From an uncultured Rhodopirellula sp. (GTDB lineage: Bacteria; Planctomycetota; Planctomycetia; Pirellulales; Pirellulaceae): a stretch of DNA of 64,000 nucleotides. Position 1 is the stretch's first letter. Each line of letters begins with the position of its first letter. The notes beneath the pieces were generated by a model that searched no databases, was not told where the DNA came from, and saw nothing but the letters and a program-made list of their open reading frames with translations. The position numbers were made by a program, and so were the translations under genes. Below, piece by piece: positions 10,183 through 20,053 of the stretch. The stretch is taken from assembly GCA_964007735.1 (NCBI GenBank), contig CAXGAI010000002.1, forward strand, positions 1-64,000, written 5' to 3'.

Positions 10183-10419
10183 AAAAAGCGACTCTTCTCA
10201 GGGATAAGATAAATGTTTAAGACCCCTTTGATTCTACCGAGAATCACACAATTTGGCAGTTCTGACTTTGCAAAACTAAATGCTCAATCTAAGGGCAGCC
10301 GCCAAACCGTTCCGATTTATAACCGATTCGTTAATCGGGGCTTGCTCATTTAGCCACGGAAGTGAAAATAAGAGAATCTAACAATCTCAGGACAATCTCA
10401 AAAGAAAAATCGATAAGAC

Positions 10420-11625
10420 ATGGATACACACGACTTAACCCGGAAGCTCCAAGTTAAAAATGACTCAAAAATTGTCATGCTCGTTGCCGATGGTTTGGGA
10501 GGTTTACCGCACGAAGTTGGTGGACAGACGGAATTAGAAGCTGCCAACACCCCTAATCTGGATAGTCTGGCAAGTCGTAGTGTACAGGGACTGAGCACAC
10601 CGGTCCTCCCCGGCATCGCCCCCGGCTCTGGACCTGGACATCTGGGACTCTTTGGTTACGATCCACTCAAGTACGAAATTGGACGTGGCGCTCTGGAAGC
10701 AACTGGAATTGGTTTTGAACTACAGGACGGTGACGTAGCAATTCGCTGTAATTTCTGCACACTCGACGAGAACGGAAACATTACCGATCGACGAGCTGGG
10801 CGGATCGCGACGGAACTAAGTACACCAATCGCAGAGAGTCTTCGCCAGATTCAAATCGAAGGGATCGAAATCTTTGTTGAACCCGTGAAAGAACATCGAT
10901 TTGTCGTTGTCCTTCGCGGCGAGGGTCTAGGTGGAAATGTTTTAGATACCGATCCTCAAGCAACGGGTGTCCCACCACTCGCACCAGTTGCTACCGATGC
11001 TGAAAGTGAGAAGACTGCCGAAGTCGCCAAAGAATTCCTGCGGCAGGCCGCTGAGATTCTCAAAGACCAACCACAGGCAAATTTCCATACGATGCGTGGA
11101 TTCGCTGCCAAGCCGAACCTACCGACCTACCAAGAAGTCTACGGTCTTCGCGCCGCAGCAGTAGCCGTTTACCCCATGTACAAAGGTCTGGCGAGACTGG
11201 TAGGCATGGACGTTGTCGGTGATGCTTCCAACCTCGACGAACAGGCTGCTGTCATCAAAGACCACTGGGATGACTACGATTTCTTCTTCGTCCATTTCAA
11301 ATACACCGACAGTACTGGTGAAGATGGTAACTTCGAAGAGAAAAAAGCCCGCACCGAAGATTTCGATGCCATCATTCCAAAAATTCTGGAATTAGATCCA
11401 ACGGTTTTGATCGTCACCGGCGACCACAGCACGCCAAGTTATCTGGCTAACCACAGTTGGCACCCGGTGCCAACACTACTAAGCTCTGCTTGCTGTCGCT
11501 ATGACAATCTCAATGAATTTAACGAGTCTTCAGCTCGCGTTGGTGGTCTCGGACAATTCGAAGCCAAGCACTTAATGACGCTTGCAATGGCCAATGCCGG
11601 CAGGCTCGGAAAATACGGCGCCTAA
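10420..11625 (+). CDS. apgM: 2,3-bisphosphoglycerate-independent phosphoglycerate mutase (ApgM/archaeal-type)
   Basis: DGLGG, TELEAANTPNLD, PGSGPGHLGLFGYD, GRGALEA, TGDHSTP, HSWHPVP. Confidence 0.92.
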   Translation: MDTHDLTRKLQVKNDSKIVMLVADGLGGLPHEVGGQTELEAANTPNLDSLASRSVQGLSTPVLPGIAPGSGPGHLGLFGYDPLKYEIGRGALEATGIGFELQDGDVAIRCNFCTLDENGNITDRRAGRIATELSTPIAESLRQIQIEGIEIFVEPVKEHRFVVVLRGEGLGGNVLDTDPQATGVPPLAPVATDAESEKTAEVAKEFLRQAAEILKDQPQANFHTMRGFAAKPNLPTYQEVYGLRAAAVAVYPMYKGLARLVGMDVVGDASNLDEQAAVIKDHWDDYDFFFVHFKYTDSTGEDGNFEEKKARTEDFDAIIPKILELDPTVLIVTGDHSTPSYLANHSWHPVPTLLSSACCRYDNLNEFNESSARVGGLGQFEAKHLMTLAMANAGRLGKYGA

Positions 11626-11648
11626 CACTCGCAAGCCAACCGACAACT

Positions 11649-12908
11649 CTACCTGGCTTGTTGCAGGATAAATCTTGCATCAAGCCAGTTGGCGTAATCG
11701 GCAACGGTTGCTCGGTCTGCCATTCCCACAACAAGCGATATCTCTTTAGCATCTGCGAGTGGCACTTTGATTGTCTGTTTCGGATCCCCGCCCCTAATCA
11801 CGCTACTTGAATAAACGGGAGTCCAATCACCAGAATTCTCACGCAGAAAAACATGGAATGTGACACTACCACGAGTTCCCGTAATGGAATCGATTGCAAT
11901 ATCGGAGATGAATGTGGTGGCAGCTTCTGGTATATCAAATGTCACTCGTGACAAGGATTTCATCCCAAGACCATGCTGGAAAGTGAATTTGTCATGGCGG
12001 AGCATTCCCCCTAACGCGTTGCGCCCGTGACCAGGCCGGGTATATTTTACTGGCTCGGTGGGAGTAAGCTCTCCTTCAAAAAACGGAATGCTCACAGCCT
12101 GTGTTTCTTCTAATCCATCGAGAAACACCACGTCTTCTTTGATGGGACGTAAACAGGTCAGATTCTCCCAAACATTCATCTGCTGCTGCATCAAAAAAGG
12201 CTTGTTCGTAGTCAACCGCACCTGGCTTGCTGTCTCCCATGTGAGCTGTCCGCCTTTTCGTGAAATATGACTTGCTTGTCCAAAGCTGCCGTCTAAAAAA
12301 CCAACAAGCAGCTCTGCTGTTTCGTTCCGTTGTATTTCATTCATCACGATCGCTTTTACGGAAGAAAATGGAACGGTAAACGCTTGAACGGATTGAGAAG
12401 CATCAATGTGCAACAGACCTTCATCGTCGATCGTGACCTTACTATCAACACGAGTCTGCCGATTAAACAATAGAAAATGGCTCGCTTCATCATCGAAGAT
12501 GCTTTCTAGTAATCTATCCCGAGCAGACAATATCTTTGGAACGTTTCGAATCACAGCTCGAACATCTTTCCACAAAACCGTCAGTGGCTGCCAAAGTAAG
12601 GATTGTATCTCGACCCCCTCCTTACTTAGCTTCATTCGATCCGCCACAATCACCTCACCGCATCTCAAAACAACCCAACCACGGTTAGCCTGCTGACGCA
12701 ACTGACCAAAACTGTATAAGTCTGCTAGCGGGAGTGCCGAGGCATTTACAAACTCCACCCTTCCGTTCTGAACTTGTAAAAGCGTGCGTTGACTCACTGT
12801 TCCGGTCGGGTGTGTTTGCACACGATGCTGTGCAAGTATTGACCTACCACAACTCAGGCAAAGCCATAACGTTAAGAGCATTCGCATCGACATGTGCAAA
12901 CTAGGCAT
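11649..12908 (-). CDS. Secreted protein with C-terminal NPCBM/NEW2 carbohydrate-binding-like domain
   Basis: Signal peptide; FQHGLGMKSLSRVTFDI...GSVTFHVF...ADYANWLDARF. Confidence 0.8.
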   Translation of the reverse strand: MPSLHMSMRMLLTLWLCLSCGRSILAQHRVQTHPTGTVSQRTLLQVQNGRVEFVNASALPLADLYSFGQLRQQANRGWVVLRCGEVIVADRMKLSKEGVEIQSLLWQPLTVLWKDVRAVIRNVPKILSARDRLLESIFDDEASHFLLFNRQTRVDSKVTIDDEGLLHIDASQSVQAFTVPFSSVKAIVMNEIQRNETAELLVGFLDGSFGQASHISRKGGQLTWETASQVRLTTNKPFLMQQQMNVWENLTCLRPIKEDVVFLDGLEETQAVSIPFFEGELTPTEPVKYTRPGHGRNALGGMLRHDKFTFQHGLGMKSLSRVTFDIPEAATTFISDIAIDSITGTRGSVTFHVFLRENSGDWTPVYSSSVIRGGDPKQTIKVPLADAKEISLVVGMADRATVADYANWLDARFILQQAR

Positions 12909-12912
12909 TACC

Positions 12913-13971
12913 TTACTTTCTTAGCAGAGGAAGAAAGTTATTAGGCATCGTTAAAATCAGGCAAGCCATCGATGTTGCATACTCATTACAAATCGACTCG
13001 TCCTCCCACTCACCTGATGTAAGTTGCCTACGCAACAACAGTTCACTCACCTGGCTATACCATTTACTCCAGTGATCACCACCCACTTGCCATAAAGCAT
13101 GCGCGGCATAGTACTGACCATAAAAATAATGTGGGTTTCCCGCGTATTCAGAATCTTTCGGAATATTTTCCATTAGATATCGGGATGCGGCAACAAACAG
13201 CTCATTCTGTTTAACTCCCAAACTCGCCAACGCCACGACGGCGGCACCAGTGCGGGGGTAAGCACTTTGCCCGTCAGCCGTAACATAACGAAAACCTCCA
13301 TCATCATTCTGGAGGTTTCGAACATAAGCTCTGGCCTGAGCAATCGTTTGGCCAGGAACAAAAAAGCCTGCATTTCGAGCAGCTCTTAAAGCCATCGTCT
13401 GACAAACGGTTACAGAGATATCTGCATCTTTTTTTGTTGGCCCGTACCGCCAACCACCTTCATCGTTTTGGGTAGAGACAATCAGGTCGATAGCGTTTTT
13501 CAATGCCGGACGAACTTCTCGCTGACGAGTAGCACCGTAGACTTGAGCAAGTAACAACGCCGCAAAGCCATGGCCATACATAACTCCTCGAACGCTCTCA
13601 TCCGGAACAGCAATCAGGCCATTCTGCTGAGCGTGCTGCAATATAAAATCTACTAATCGGCTAACGTATTTTCCATAAGGCCCACGATTTGGTAGATGCC
13701 CTCGCGACAAGAATGCCAACCCCCCCAGACTCACAACCGCTAAGTTTTGTTGGTATACCGATTCACCAAATGAGCCATCTTCCTGCACTCGTGAAGCCAA
13801 CCAGTCGATCCCTTTCTGCAACGCCTGCTGATGCTTGTCAGAAAACAAATCTTTAGGCTTCTGACCGAACAGAAATCCGGAGGGTGCTACTGAGACATAC
13901 AAGCCCAAGGCGCTAACTCTGGACAACCTTTTAAGAAGGGTGCGTCGGTCATCTCCAAATAGTGACATCAA
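12913..13971 (-). CDS. Prenyltransferase/squalene-cyclase-repeat (alpha/alpha)6-barrel protein, possibly Tat-exported
   Basis: QW-like repeats QEDGSF, QNDEGGW, QNDDGGF, QLTSGEW; MYGHGFA; N-terminal DRRTLL followed by a hydrophobic stretch; no DXDD. Confidence 0.8.
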   Translation of the reverse strand: MMSLFGDDRRTLLKRLSRVSALGLYVSVAPSGFLFGQKPKDLFSDKHQQALQKGIDWLASRVQEDGSFGESVYQQNLAVVSLGGLAFLSRGHLPNRGPYGKYVSRLVDFILQHAQQNGLIAVPDESVRGVMYGHGFAALLLAQVYGATRQREVRPALKNAIDLIVSTQNDEGGWRYGPTKKDADISVTVCQTMALRAARNAGFFVPGQTIAQARAYVRNLQNDDGGFRYVTADGQSAYPRTGAAVVALASLGVKQNELFVAASRYLMENIPKDSEYAGNPHYFYGQYYAAHALWQVGGDHWSKWYSQVSELLLRRQLTSGEWEDESICNEYATSMACLILTMPNNFLPLLRK

Positions 13972-14619
13972 TCAATTCTTCTTTAAGGTGCTATAAAACT
14001 GTTGCAACAGACGCTCATAACCGGGCAAGAACGGTTGCGATGCCGATTCTCGCAAAGGAATCCGTACCATCGGCGGCAATTGGTTCCAACCGTTTTCAAG
14101 AAAATCCTCGCCTTGTCCAGCAATCATTGCCGGAACTTGATTCCCGGCTGTTTCTCCAACCGTTCCAATGCCTGCTTCCTGGCCAGCCTGCCCTTCTGTT
14201 GGTGCCGTCACAACGGCTGAAACCACCGAATCCTGCTTTCCTGCAATCAAAGAATCTAATCGACGCAAAATATCGAATTGCAACGGCTCAATAGTCTCAG
14301 ACAATTCACCACTAGCGTGATTCTGTAATAACTGTAGATGATGTTGAATCTGCTGACCCACCATCAGCAACTCATTGTCTTCACCCTGCTGCCCAATATC
14401 TTCACCAACAACATGACGAAGCGTTTCGTTTTTAGAGGATTCCCTACGTGGAGCTGGTGTTATATCGCGATCGGGAACCGGTACTGCACTGGCCTTTCCC
14501 AAAAGTTTTTCGATGGTCGCCTCTGGGAGTACTTTCCCGCCGGAGTCTTGCTGCACTGCGTAAGCAACAACAGACGTGAGAGTCATCATAACAAACCAAA
14601 TCAACCGTCGGCTATTCAT
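13972..14619 (-). CDS. Hypothetical exported helical protein
   Basis: Signal peptide; C-terminal WNQLPP...YERLLQQFY motif typical of such clusters; overlaps the upstream gene. Confidence 0.65.
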   Translation of the reverse strand: MNSRRLIWFVMMTLTSVVAYAVQQDSGGKVLPEATIEKLLGKASAVPVPDRDITPAPRRESSKNETLRHVVGEDIGQQGEDNELLMVGQQIQHHLQLLQNHASGELSETIEPLQFDILRRLDSLIAGKQDSVVSAVVTAPTEGQAGQEAGIGTVGETAGNQVPAMIAGQGEDFLENGWNQLPPMVRIPLRESASQPFLPGYERLLQQFYSTLKKN

Positions 14620-17600
14620 CGACCGCGTCCTCCTGTGTCATTTGCATCTGCTTGACTGCCTCAACAATCCTGACCTGATGTTGGATCAGAGAATTTAGCT
14701 GCTGTTTTTCTTCTTCGTTCAGATCCGTTTTGTTGATCAAAGGATTCACCTCCGAATGGAGACGCTTTTGCATTATCCGAAGAAGCGAAAGTGCATCTGA
14801 ATTGACCTTTGCTGACTTGCGATGATCCTCCTGACCTTCCTGCACAGCAGCCAATTCCTCTGCCGCGGCACCTATCATCACTTCCAACAGTTCGACGGCG
14901 TCCTGCTGGAACTTACGTGCATCCTGCATTTCAGAAACCATCATTCCTGCTGCCTTGGCTTGTAAACCAGCAACGCCCTGTAGGCCAATCTGAAGCAGAG
15001 GCGAGACAAAAGCTTGCTGCGAAAGCTCTGCAGAAACATCAGCCAATTGTCCTTGCCTCTCCATGAGCGAAGAAACGCCTTGGCTGTTGAGATCTATTTC
15101 CATCAAAACCACTTGTTGTCGATGTAAACTTTTGAGACGCTCAAGCAATACACGATACTGTTGATCGGTCGTTTGCAAATCTTGTTCAAGTTCAATACCC
15201 AATTCTAATAACACCCTCTGCATGGTTTGAACAATATATTCTTGCTGATTCAACACACGAGTCATTTGACGTTTGCGTATTTCCGTCGCCACCTGCCTCA
15301 TCTCTGAGACTACAACGGCCGCCAAATTCTGGACGGGCAAACTGATTGACAATTGTTCTTCTGCAATGGTTTGGTCAACTAACTGAAAAACATCCGAGGC
15401 CAACGCAAGCTGTCTTGCTGCGAATTCATTAAGTGTCGCATTCAATCGCACGCCTTCACCAGTCAGTACTGATCCGGATTTACTGGCAATCTGAAGCTTC
15501 AGATCCATTTGTTCGGTCAATAAAACCTTCCAGGAAGATTCAAACTCTGCCTGGGATTGGGCGGACGACTGCAACCCTAAAACAGAATCGATGAGTCTCA
15601 CTGCCGACTGCACATCCCCTTCAATTGCTTCTATGTCAGTCAACCACTGCCGGTTATCAGACCGACGATTATTCTTAACTTGATAAACACCGGTTTGCAA
15701 AGGTTGCAGATGCTTACTTTGAATCGTCACTGCCAACTGTTCAAGCCTCGCTAATGACTCACTCACCAGTGGAGCCGTAACCTTAGTATGGCCCAAGCCG
15801 ACATCAATAACTTCAAGCCTGGTGAAAATCGAATTGCTACCACCTGCCAGCACGCCATTCATATTCGTTGCTTCTAAACTCAGCTGATGCAATACCTTTG
15901 ACGCTTCCAAGTCAGAATCACTAACGGAGCGCAACAACTCCAATGTCTGAAGGGAATCCTCCAAAAGTCGTTGCAGAATGCGGAATCGAATTTGTACATC
16001 CTCTAATTCCCGGGTCAGTCGACCGCGGAGCTCATGGTCAGACGAAACGGTTAAATGCACTGTTTCGCTTGCTGCCTGATTGCCAAATTGATCTGTTGCT
16101 ATAAATCTAAGACTCAATTCCGCACCAACAGCAAAGCTAGGTAACGAACTCACATCCAAGCCACACTCAATCTGAATACTATCAGGTTGCTGCACCACAA
16201 AGATTCGATTGGTATCAAAGACAGGTCGCGGACCGACGAACACCTTCGCAAGATCAATCGGAATACGAAGTCCCTTCTGATTTTTTGCGTCCTTGCTCTC
16301 AATCAGCACATCTAAACTTTCCACTCTCAAGTCATCGGTAACTTGGACTGACACCGGAACGACTCCTGTCACGGTTAGCAAGGTATGTTCGGAAGGTTTC
16401 CGCACATGTAATTTTGGCGATTGATCTTCCAAAACGTCTATTTGCCAAACTTCGCGAGTCTGGGAAACGACGCCGTTAGCATCTTCAAATTCCAACCAGA
16501 ACAGACCGGACTTATTAAGCTCGAGGGCATCGATAGATACCTCATACCCTTCCCTGTTGCGTGCCACCAAGAGGTTGTGCGATGTATGATATCCCGCGAC
16601 ATCCCAAATCAACTTGGCTGTCTCGATTGGATTATCCAAAACAGCTCGGAAGAATAAACGGCTTTGAGGCAACGCATTACCTTGCTTTTCGACCACATAC
16701 GGATCCAGTCCCGTATATTCCGGAGGCTTCAGCCTGAGTTGAAAGTCACTAATAACAGGCGCCGCGACAACCGTCACTTCATTCCATCCCATGTCATGAA
16801 AGTCACCGCCATGAAGTCTAAATCTAAACGATTCAAGTAAATTACCAAGTCGGAATTCCGAGACTTTGTCAGTTTGAAACATCCTGATTTGCTCGCTCGT
16901 GTCAGCACTCTCCCATTGAATTTCCAGCAACAAATCATCCGGTAAGGAGCCATTGAGGTTCACGACTTCAATCAGATAATCTCCTCCTTCAGCAACCTGC
17001 GCACGATAGTCGATAACCCTCAACTCAAATTCACGCGGCCAATCTTGACCACTCCACGGCATTATCACTCGCTGAGTCGCTGTCGCCACTTGCTGAGGGC
17101 TGGCAATAAGCATTGAGACAATCAGCAGCAAGACAGCGCTCACGCTCAAAACCGGCCGGAGTAGAGCATGGGGGTGAAAACAGCGTTCTAACTCTAATCG
17201 AGATACCTCCTCACTTACTTCAGCGGCGAGGCCATCTAAGAAATTCAACTGGACCGGAGACAACTCACTTTTCCGTTCGGACAAATCACAAACGGTGGAG
17301 AGTCGCTGATGAAGTTGAGGGAATGTCACCTCCAAACGTCTGGCTATTTCGACCAAACCTGGCCTATATCGTTCTGCCGGAACAATAATTTTGGAAACCG
17401 TAAGAAGTAACAAAGTAATAAACAACGCAAACTGAAACCACACCACATAAGGTGAACGCAGTTGCAAAAGATAATCCATCGTTGCCAGCAGAGCCGTCCC
17501 GGATAACAGTAGGCAAACAAACAAACAAACCGCGCGCAAAAAAACCAGCTGTCGCGTTCGCTGAGCCATTCGCTCTACGACACCTTGTAAAACTAAGAGT

Positions 17601-17629
17601 GCGGGCTTGTCCGATAATTCACGAGTCAT
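14612..17629 (-). CDS. Large membrane-anchored Ig-like plus coiled-coil protein (DUF4175-like)
   Basis: Three N-terminal TM segments, ARRLE...L..RLST motif, Ig-like middle (PPEYTG, DQSP), long Gln/Leu heptad C-terminus. Confidence 0.7.
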   Translation of the reverse strand: MTRELSDKPALLVLQGVVERMAQRTRQLVFLRAVCLFVCLLLSGTALLATMDYLLQLRSPYVVWFQFALFITLLLLTVSKIIVPAERYRPGLVEIARRLEVTFPQLHQRLSTVCDLSERKSELSPVQLNFLDGLAAEVSEEVSRLELERCFHPHALLRPVLSVSAVLLLIVSMLIASPQQVATATQRVIMPWSGQDWPREFELRVIDYRAQVAEGGDYLIEVVNLNGSLPDDLLLEIQWESADTSEQIRMFQTDKVSEFRLGNLLESFRFRLHGGDFHDMGWNEVTVVAAPVISDFQLRLKPPEYTGLDPYVVEKQGNALPQSRLFFRAVLDNPIETAKLIWDVAGYHTSHNLLVARNREGYEVSIDALELNKSGLFWLEFEDANGVVSQTREVWQIDVLEDQSPKLHVRKPSEHTLLTVTGVVPVSVQVTDDLRVESLDVLIESKDAKNQKGLRIPIDLAKVFVGPRPVFDTNRIFVVQQPDSIQIECGLDVSSLPSFAVGAELSLRFIATDQFGNQAASETVHLTVSSDHELRGRLTRELEDVQIRFRILQRLLEDSLQTLELLRSVSDSDLEASKVLHQLSLEATNMNGVLAGGSNSIFTRLEVIDVGLGHTKVTAPLVSESLARLEQLAVTIQSKHLQPLQTGVYQVKNNRRSDNRQWLTDIEAIEGDVQSAVRLIDSVLGLQSSAQSQAEFESSWKVLLTEQMDLKLQIASKSGSVLTGEGVRLNATLNEFAARQLALASDVFQLVDQTIAEEQLSISLPVQNLAAVVVSEMRQVATEIRKRQMTRVLNQQEYIVQTMQRVLLELGIELEQDLQTTDQQYRVLLERLKSLHRQQVVLMEIDLNSQGVSSLMERQGQLADVSAELSQQAFVSPLLQIGLQGVAGLQAKAAGMMVSEMQDARKFQQDAVELLEVMIGAAAEELAAVQEGQEDHRKSAKVNSDALSLLRIMQKRLHSEVNPLINKTDLNEEEKQQLNSLIQHQVRIVEAVKQMQMTQEDAVDE

Positions 17630-17632
17630 ATT

Positions 17633-20053
17633 TTAATTATACCACCGTCGTCTTAATCCCCACTCAATGCTAAGCGACAACACAAAGATAGATACCATCC
17701 AGTTAGTATTCCATAACAAACGCCGATTCAATTCTTGAATCACCATGCGTTGACCATGCGGCAATTCCTTCTGAATCATATCCCATTGGCTGAGTTCATA
17801 AAATTCGCCGCCAGAGGTAGCAGCCAGGTCTCTTAATGCCTTCACATCACCACTGGTAATTAACTGTTCTTTAGGTTGGTTGCGAACCTCCATTCTCAAC
17901 GTAGCGGGGGTAGACGTCATTCCAACCGGACTAACCAGACGTAAGGTGTATTGTCCAACCCTCAAATCACTTAGACTAGCCGTGAAGACCCCCTGAGAAA
18001 TACCACTGCGCGTCAAACGAACAATCTCTGCCTTACCTGTTTCCTCTGACAATTCGACGACGACCCTCTCTTCCTCCGGAGCGGCTACAGGATTCAAAAA
18101 TCGCACTTTGACCTCGACACTTTCTCCAAAAGCCACTTCCTCGGTACTGACAGAAAGTGCAACGCCTGTACGACCGTTTCCTGCTCCTGCCCCGGCTAGA
18201 TAATTGATCAATTGAGTCCAATAAAGCGCATACCCGTTTTTCAGGTTAGTCTGCTGTTTCCATCGCCAAGTCGAATCGAATGCCTGAAAAATCACACGTC
18301 CAGCTCCTGCGAACTGTTGTGTCACCAGAGGCACTCGAACTTCCGTTTCTGAATCAGCATAGACAAGGACCTGGACACCTGATTGCAGCAATAGAGATTG
18401 AACCAGCCAGTAAGGACCAGGCAATGTCTTCCAAACCGCACGATTTGCCTCTGAGGTTTCAGTCAGGGAGGTGAGTGCCGTTCGCTCACCTAACTGAGAA
18501 AGCTGGAGAGAAGCTGGTTGGTTTTTTTGCAATTGGGACTCATAACTATCAACCTCTGCTGGAAACAGCTCTGCCAAGGGTTGGTCATTAAATTGCTCAG
18601 GTAAAAACCTATCCCCCGCAATAAAGACCATTCCTCCACCTCGTTGCTGAACGAAATCGACCAAAATTGACTGCGCATCAAAAGTCAGTAAATCGGTTGG
18701 CACATCGCCTACAACAATTACGTCAAAAGCAAACAACCAATCTCGATCTTCTAGGACGCTGGTATACAATCGGTCATCTTCCTGAGCCAACTGCGGATCA
18801 GCCGTTCCCAGTACAGTGGTCACTTGAAAACGAGACTGTCCCGAATTGTTTGTTGCCCGGCTTAGTAAATCTTCCAAGGTGCGAAATTCGAATCGGGGGA
18901 ACTGCTCAATAAGTAAAACGTTGATCGCATCGTCCACGGCAAGAAAATGAAATTCATGCTGTTCCAGATGACGATTACGACGCTGCTCGTCTCTCCCCAG
19001 AATCTCACTGCTTACATACTCCACTCGTAATACCTGCTCGCCTACGTTTGCTACCGAATGCTGTATAGAAAGCGTTGCCTGATCTTCCCCTTCAGCAAAT
19101 GAAACCTCCACCTCACGTTCACCATCTTCACTAACAATACGAAATGGAAAAACTGCAGTCTGGCTAACATCTCCATGACGCGATACATCAATTTCAAACG
19201 AAGTTGGCTGATCAACCTGTACACGGGTCGGGCCGGATGGATTTAACAATTGGATACTTTCATTCTCAGAACTACCAATTAATCCAGGGACAATAATAGG
19301 CACTGAAAGCTTACGCGCAATTTCACCTGCTCGCTTTAAGGAGACTCCGATATTCGACCGGCCGTCGGTGAGATACACAATCGCCGCGACAGACTTACCC
19401 CGATGCCGTTGTAAAACTTCAACAACTCCTCTTCCCAATGCAGAACCTTCAGCGGGCTGCATGTCTGTCAGGCTATCTGCCGCTGACTGATTTTGACGGC
19501 GTTGAGGGACGCTTTCTCCTATTTCATATACATGCAAATCGTATTCTTGCTCTGCCCCGGCTAACGCTCCCGATGGTAAATCCACCGCTGTCTCAGAATT
19601 GGAACCACTGTTTCCGAGAAAAGCTTTTGCCAACCATATTCTTGGTAATGAAACCGTGTCGCCACCCTTCGAGATCCTTTCATCAAATTCTTTGCCATAA
19701 CGTTCTAATAACCACTGTCTGCTCACATTAGTGAGATCCTTGAGCCTAAAGTCATCCTCAAACTGCATGCTACCTGAAATATCCATCAATACGATCAAAT
19801 CAGACTTTCCAGTCTGTTCTTCGTACGATGTCCAACCCGGCAACATCCCCACAAGTACGAGCATGGCTGCAATCCGTAGTGCGACCAGTAAAAGTCGCTG
19901 TTGAAGCGGTAAGTTTTGGTTACGAAATACCAACCAAACAGTAATTACCAACAAGGCAACGACAGCCAGCATCCAGATCAACGGTAAGGGCCAGCTATAT
20001 TGGAGACGCGTCTGAATTTGTCCCCAGAGCGTTATCGCAGAAGAACATTCCAT
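17633..20053 (-). CDS. Membrane protein with VWA domain, Ig-like and GATase-like domains
   Basis: MIDAS DISGS and LTDG; FDVIVVGD, GGGMVFIAG, GAGRV...STWRW; C-terminal EWGLRRR. Confidence 0.8.
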   Translation of the reverse strand: MECSSAITLWGQIQTRLQYSWPLPLIWMLAVVALLVITVWLVFRNQNLPLQQRLLLVALRIAAMLVLVGMLPGWTSYEEQTGKSDLIVLMDISGSMQFEDDFRLKDLTNVSRQWLLERYGKEFDERISKGGDTVSLPRIWLAKAFLGNSGSNSETAVDLPSGALAGAEQEYDLHVYEIGESVPQRRQNQSAADSLTDMQPAEGSALGRGVVEVLQRHRGKSVAAIVYLTDGRSNIGVSLKRAGEIARKLSVPIIVPGLIGSSENESIQLLNPSGPTRVQVDQPTSFEIDVSRHGDVSQTAVFPFRIVSEDGEREVEVSFAEGEDQATLSIQHSVANVGEQVLRVEYVSSEILGRDEQRRNRHLEQHEFHFLAVDDAINVLLIEQFPRFEFRTLEDLLSRATNNSGQSRFQVTTVLGTADPQLAQEDDRLYTSVLEDRDWLFAFDVIVVGDVPTDLLTFDAQSILVDFVQQRGGGMVFIAGDRFLPEQFNDQPLAELFPAEVDSYESQLQKNQPASLQLSQLGERTALTSLTETSEANRAVWKTLPGPYWLVQSLLLQSGVQVLVYADSETEVRVPLVTQQFAGAGRVIFQAFDSTWRWKQQTNLKNGYALYWTQLINYLAGAGAGNGRTGVALSVSTEEVAFGESVEVKVRFLNPVAAPEEERVVVELSEETGKAEIVRLTRSGISQGVFTASLSDLRVGQYTLRLVSPVGMTSTPATLRMEVRNQPKEQLITSGDVKALRDLAATSGGEFYELSQWDMIQKELPHGQRMVIQELNRRLLWNTNWMVSIFVLSLSIEWGLRRRWYN

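Noticed and set aside
12913..13971. Squalene-hopene cyclase / terpene biosynthetic cluster
   Set aside because: About half the expected length, no DXDD, and no isoprenoid genes nearby.
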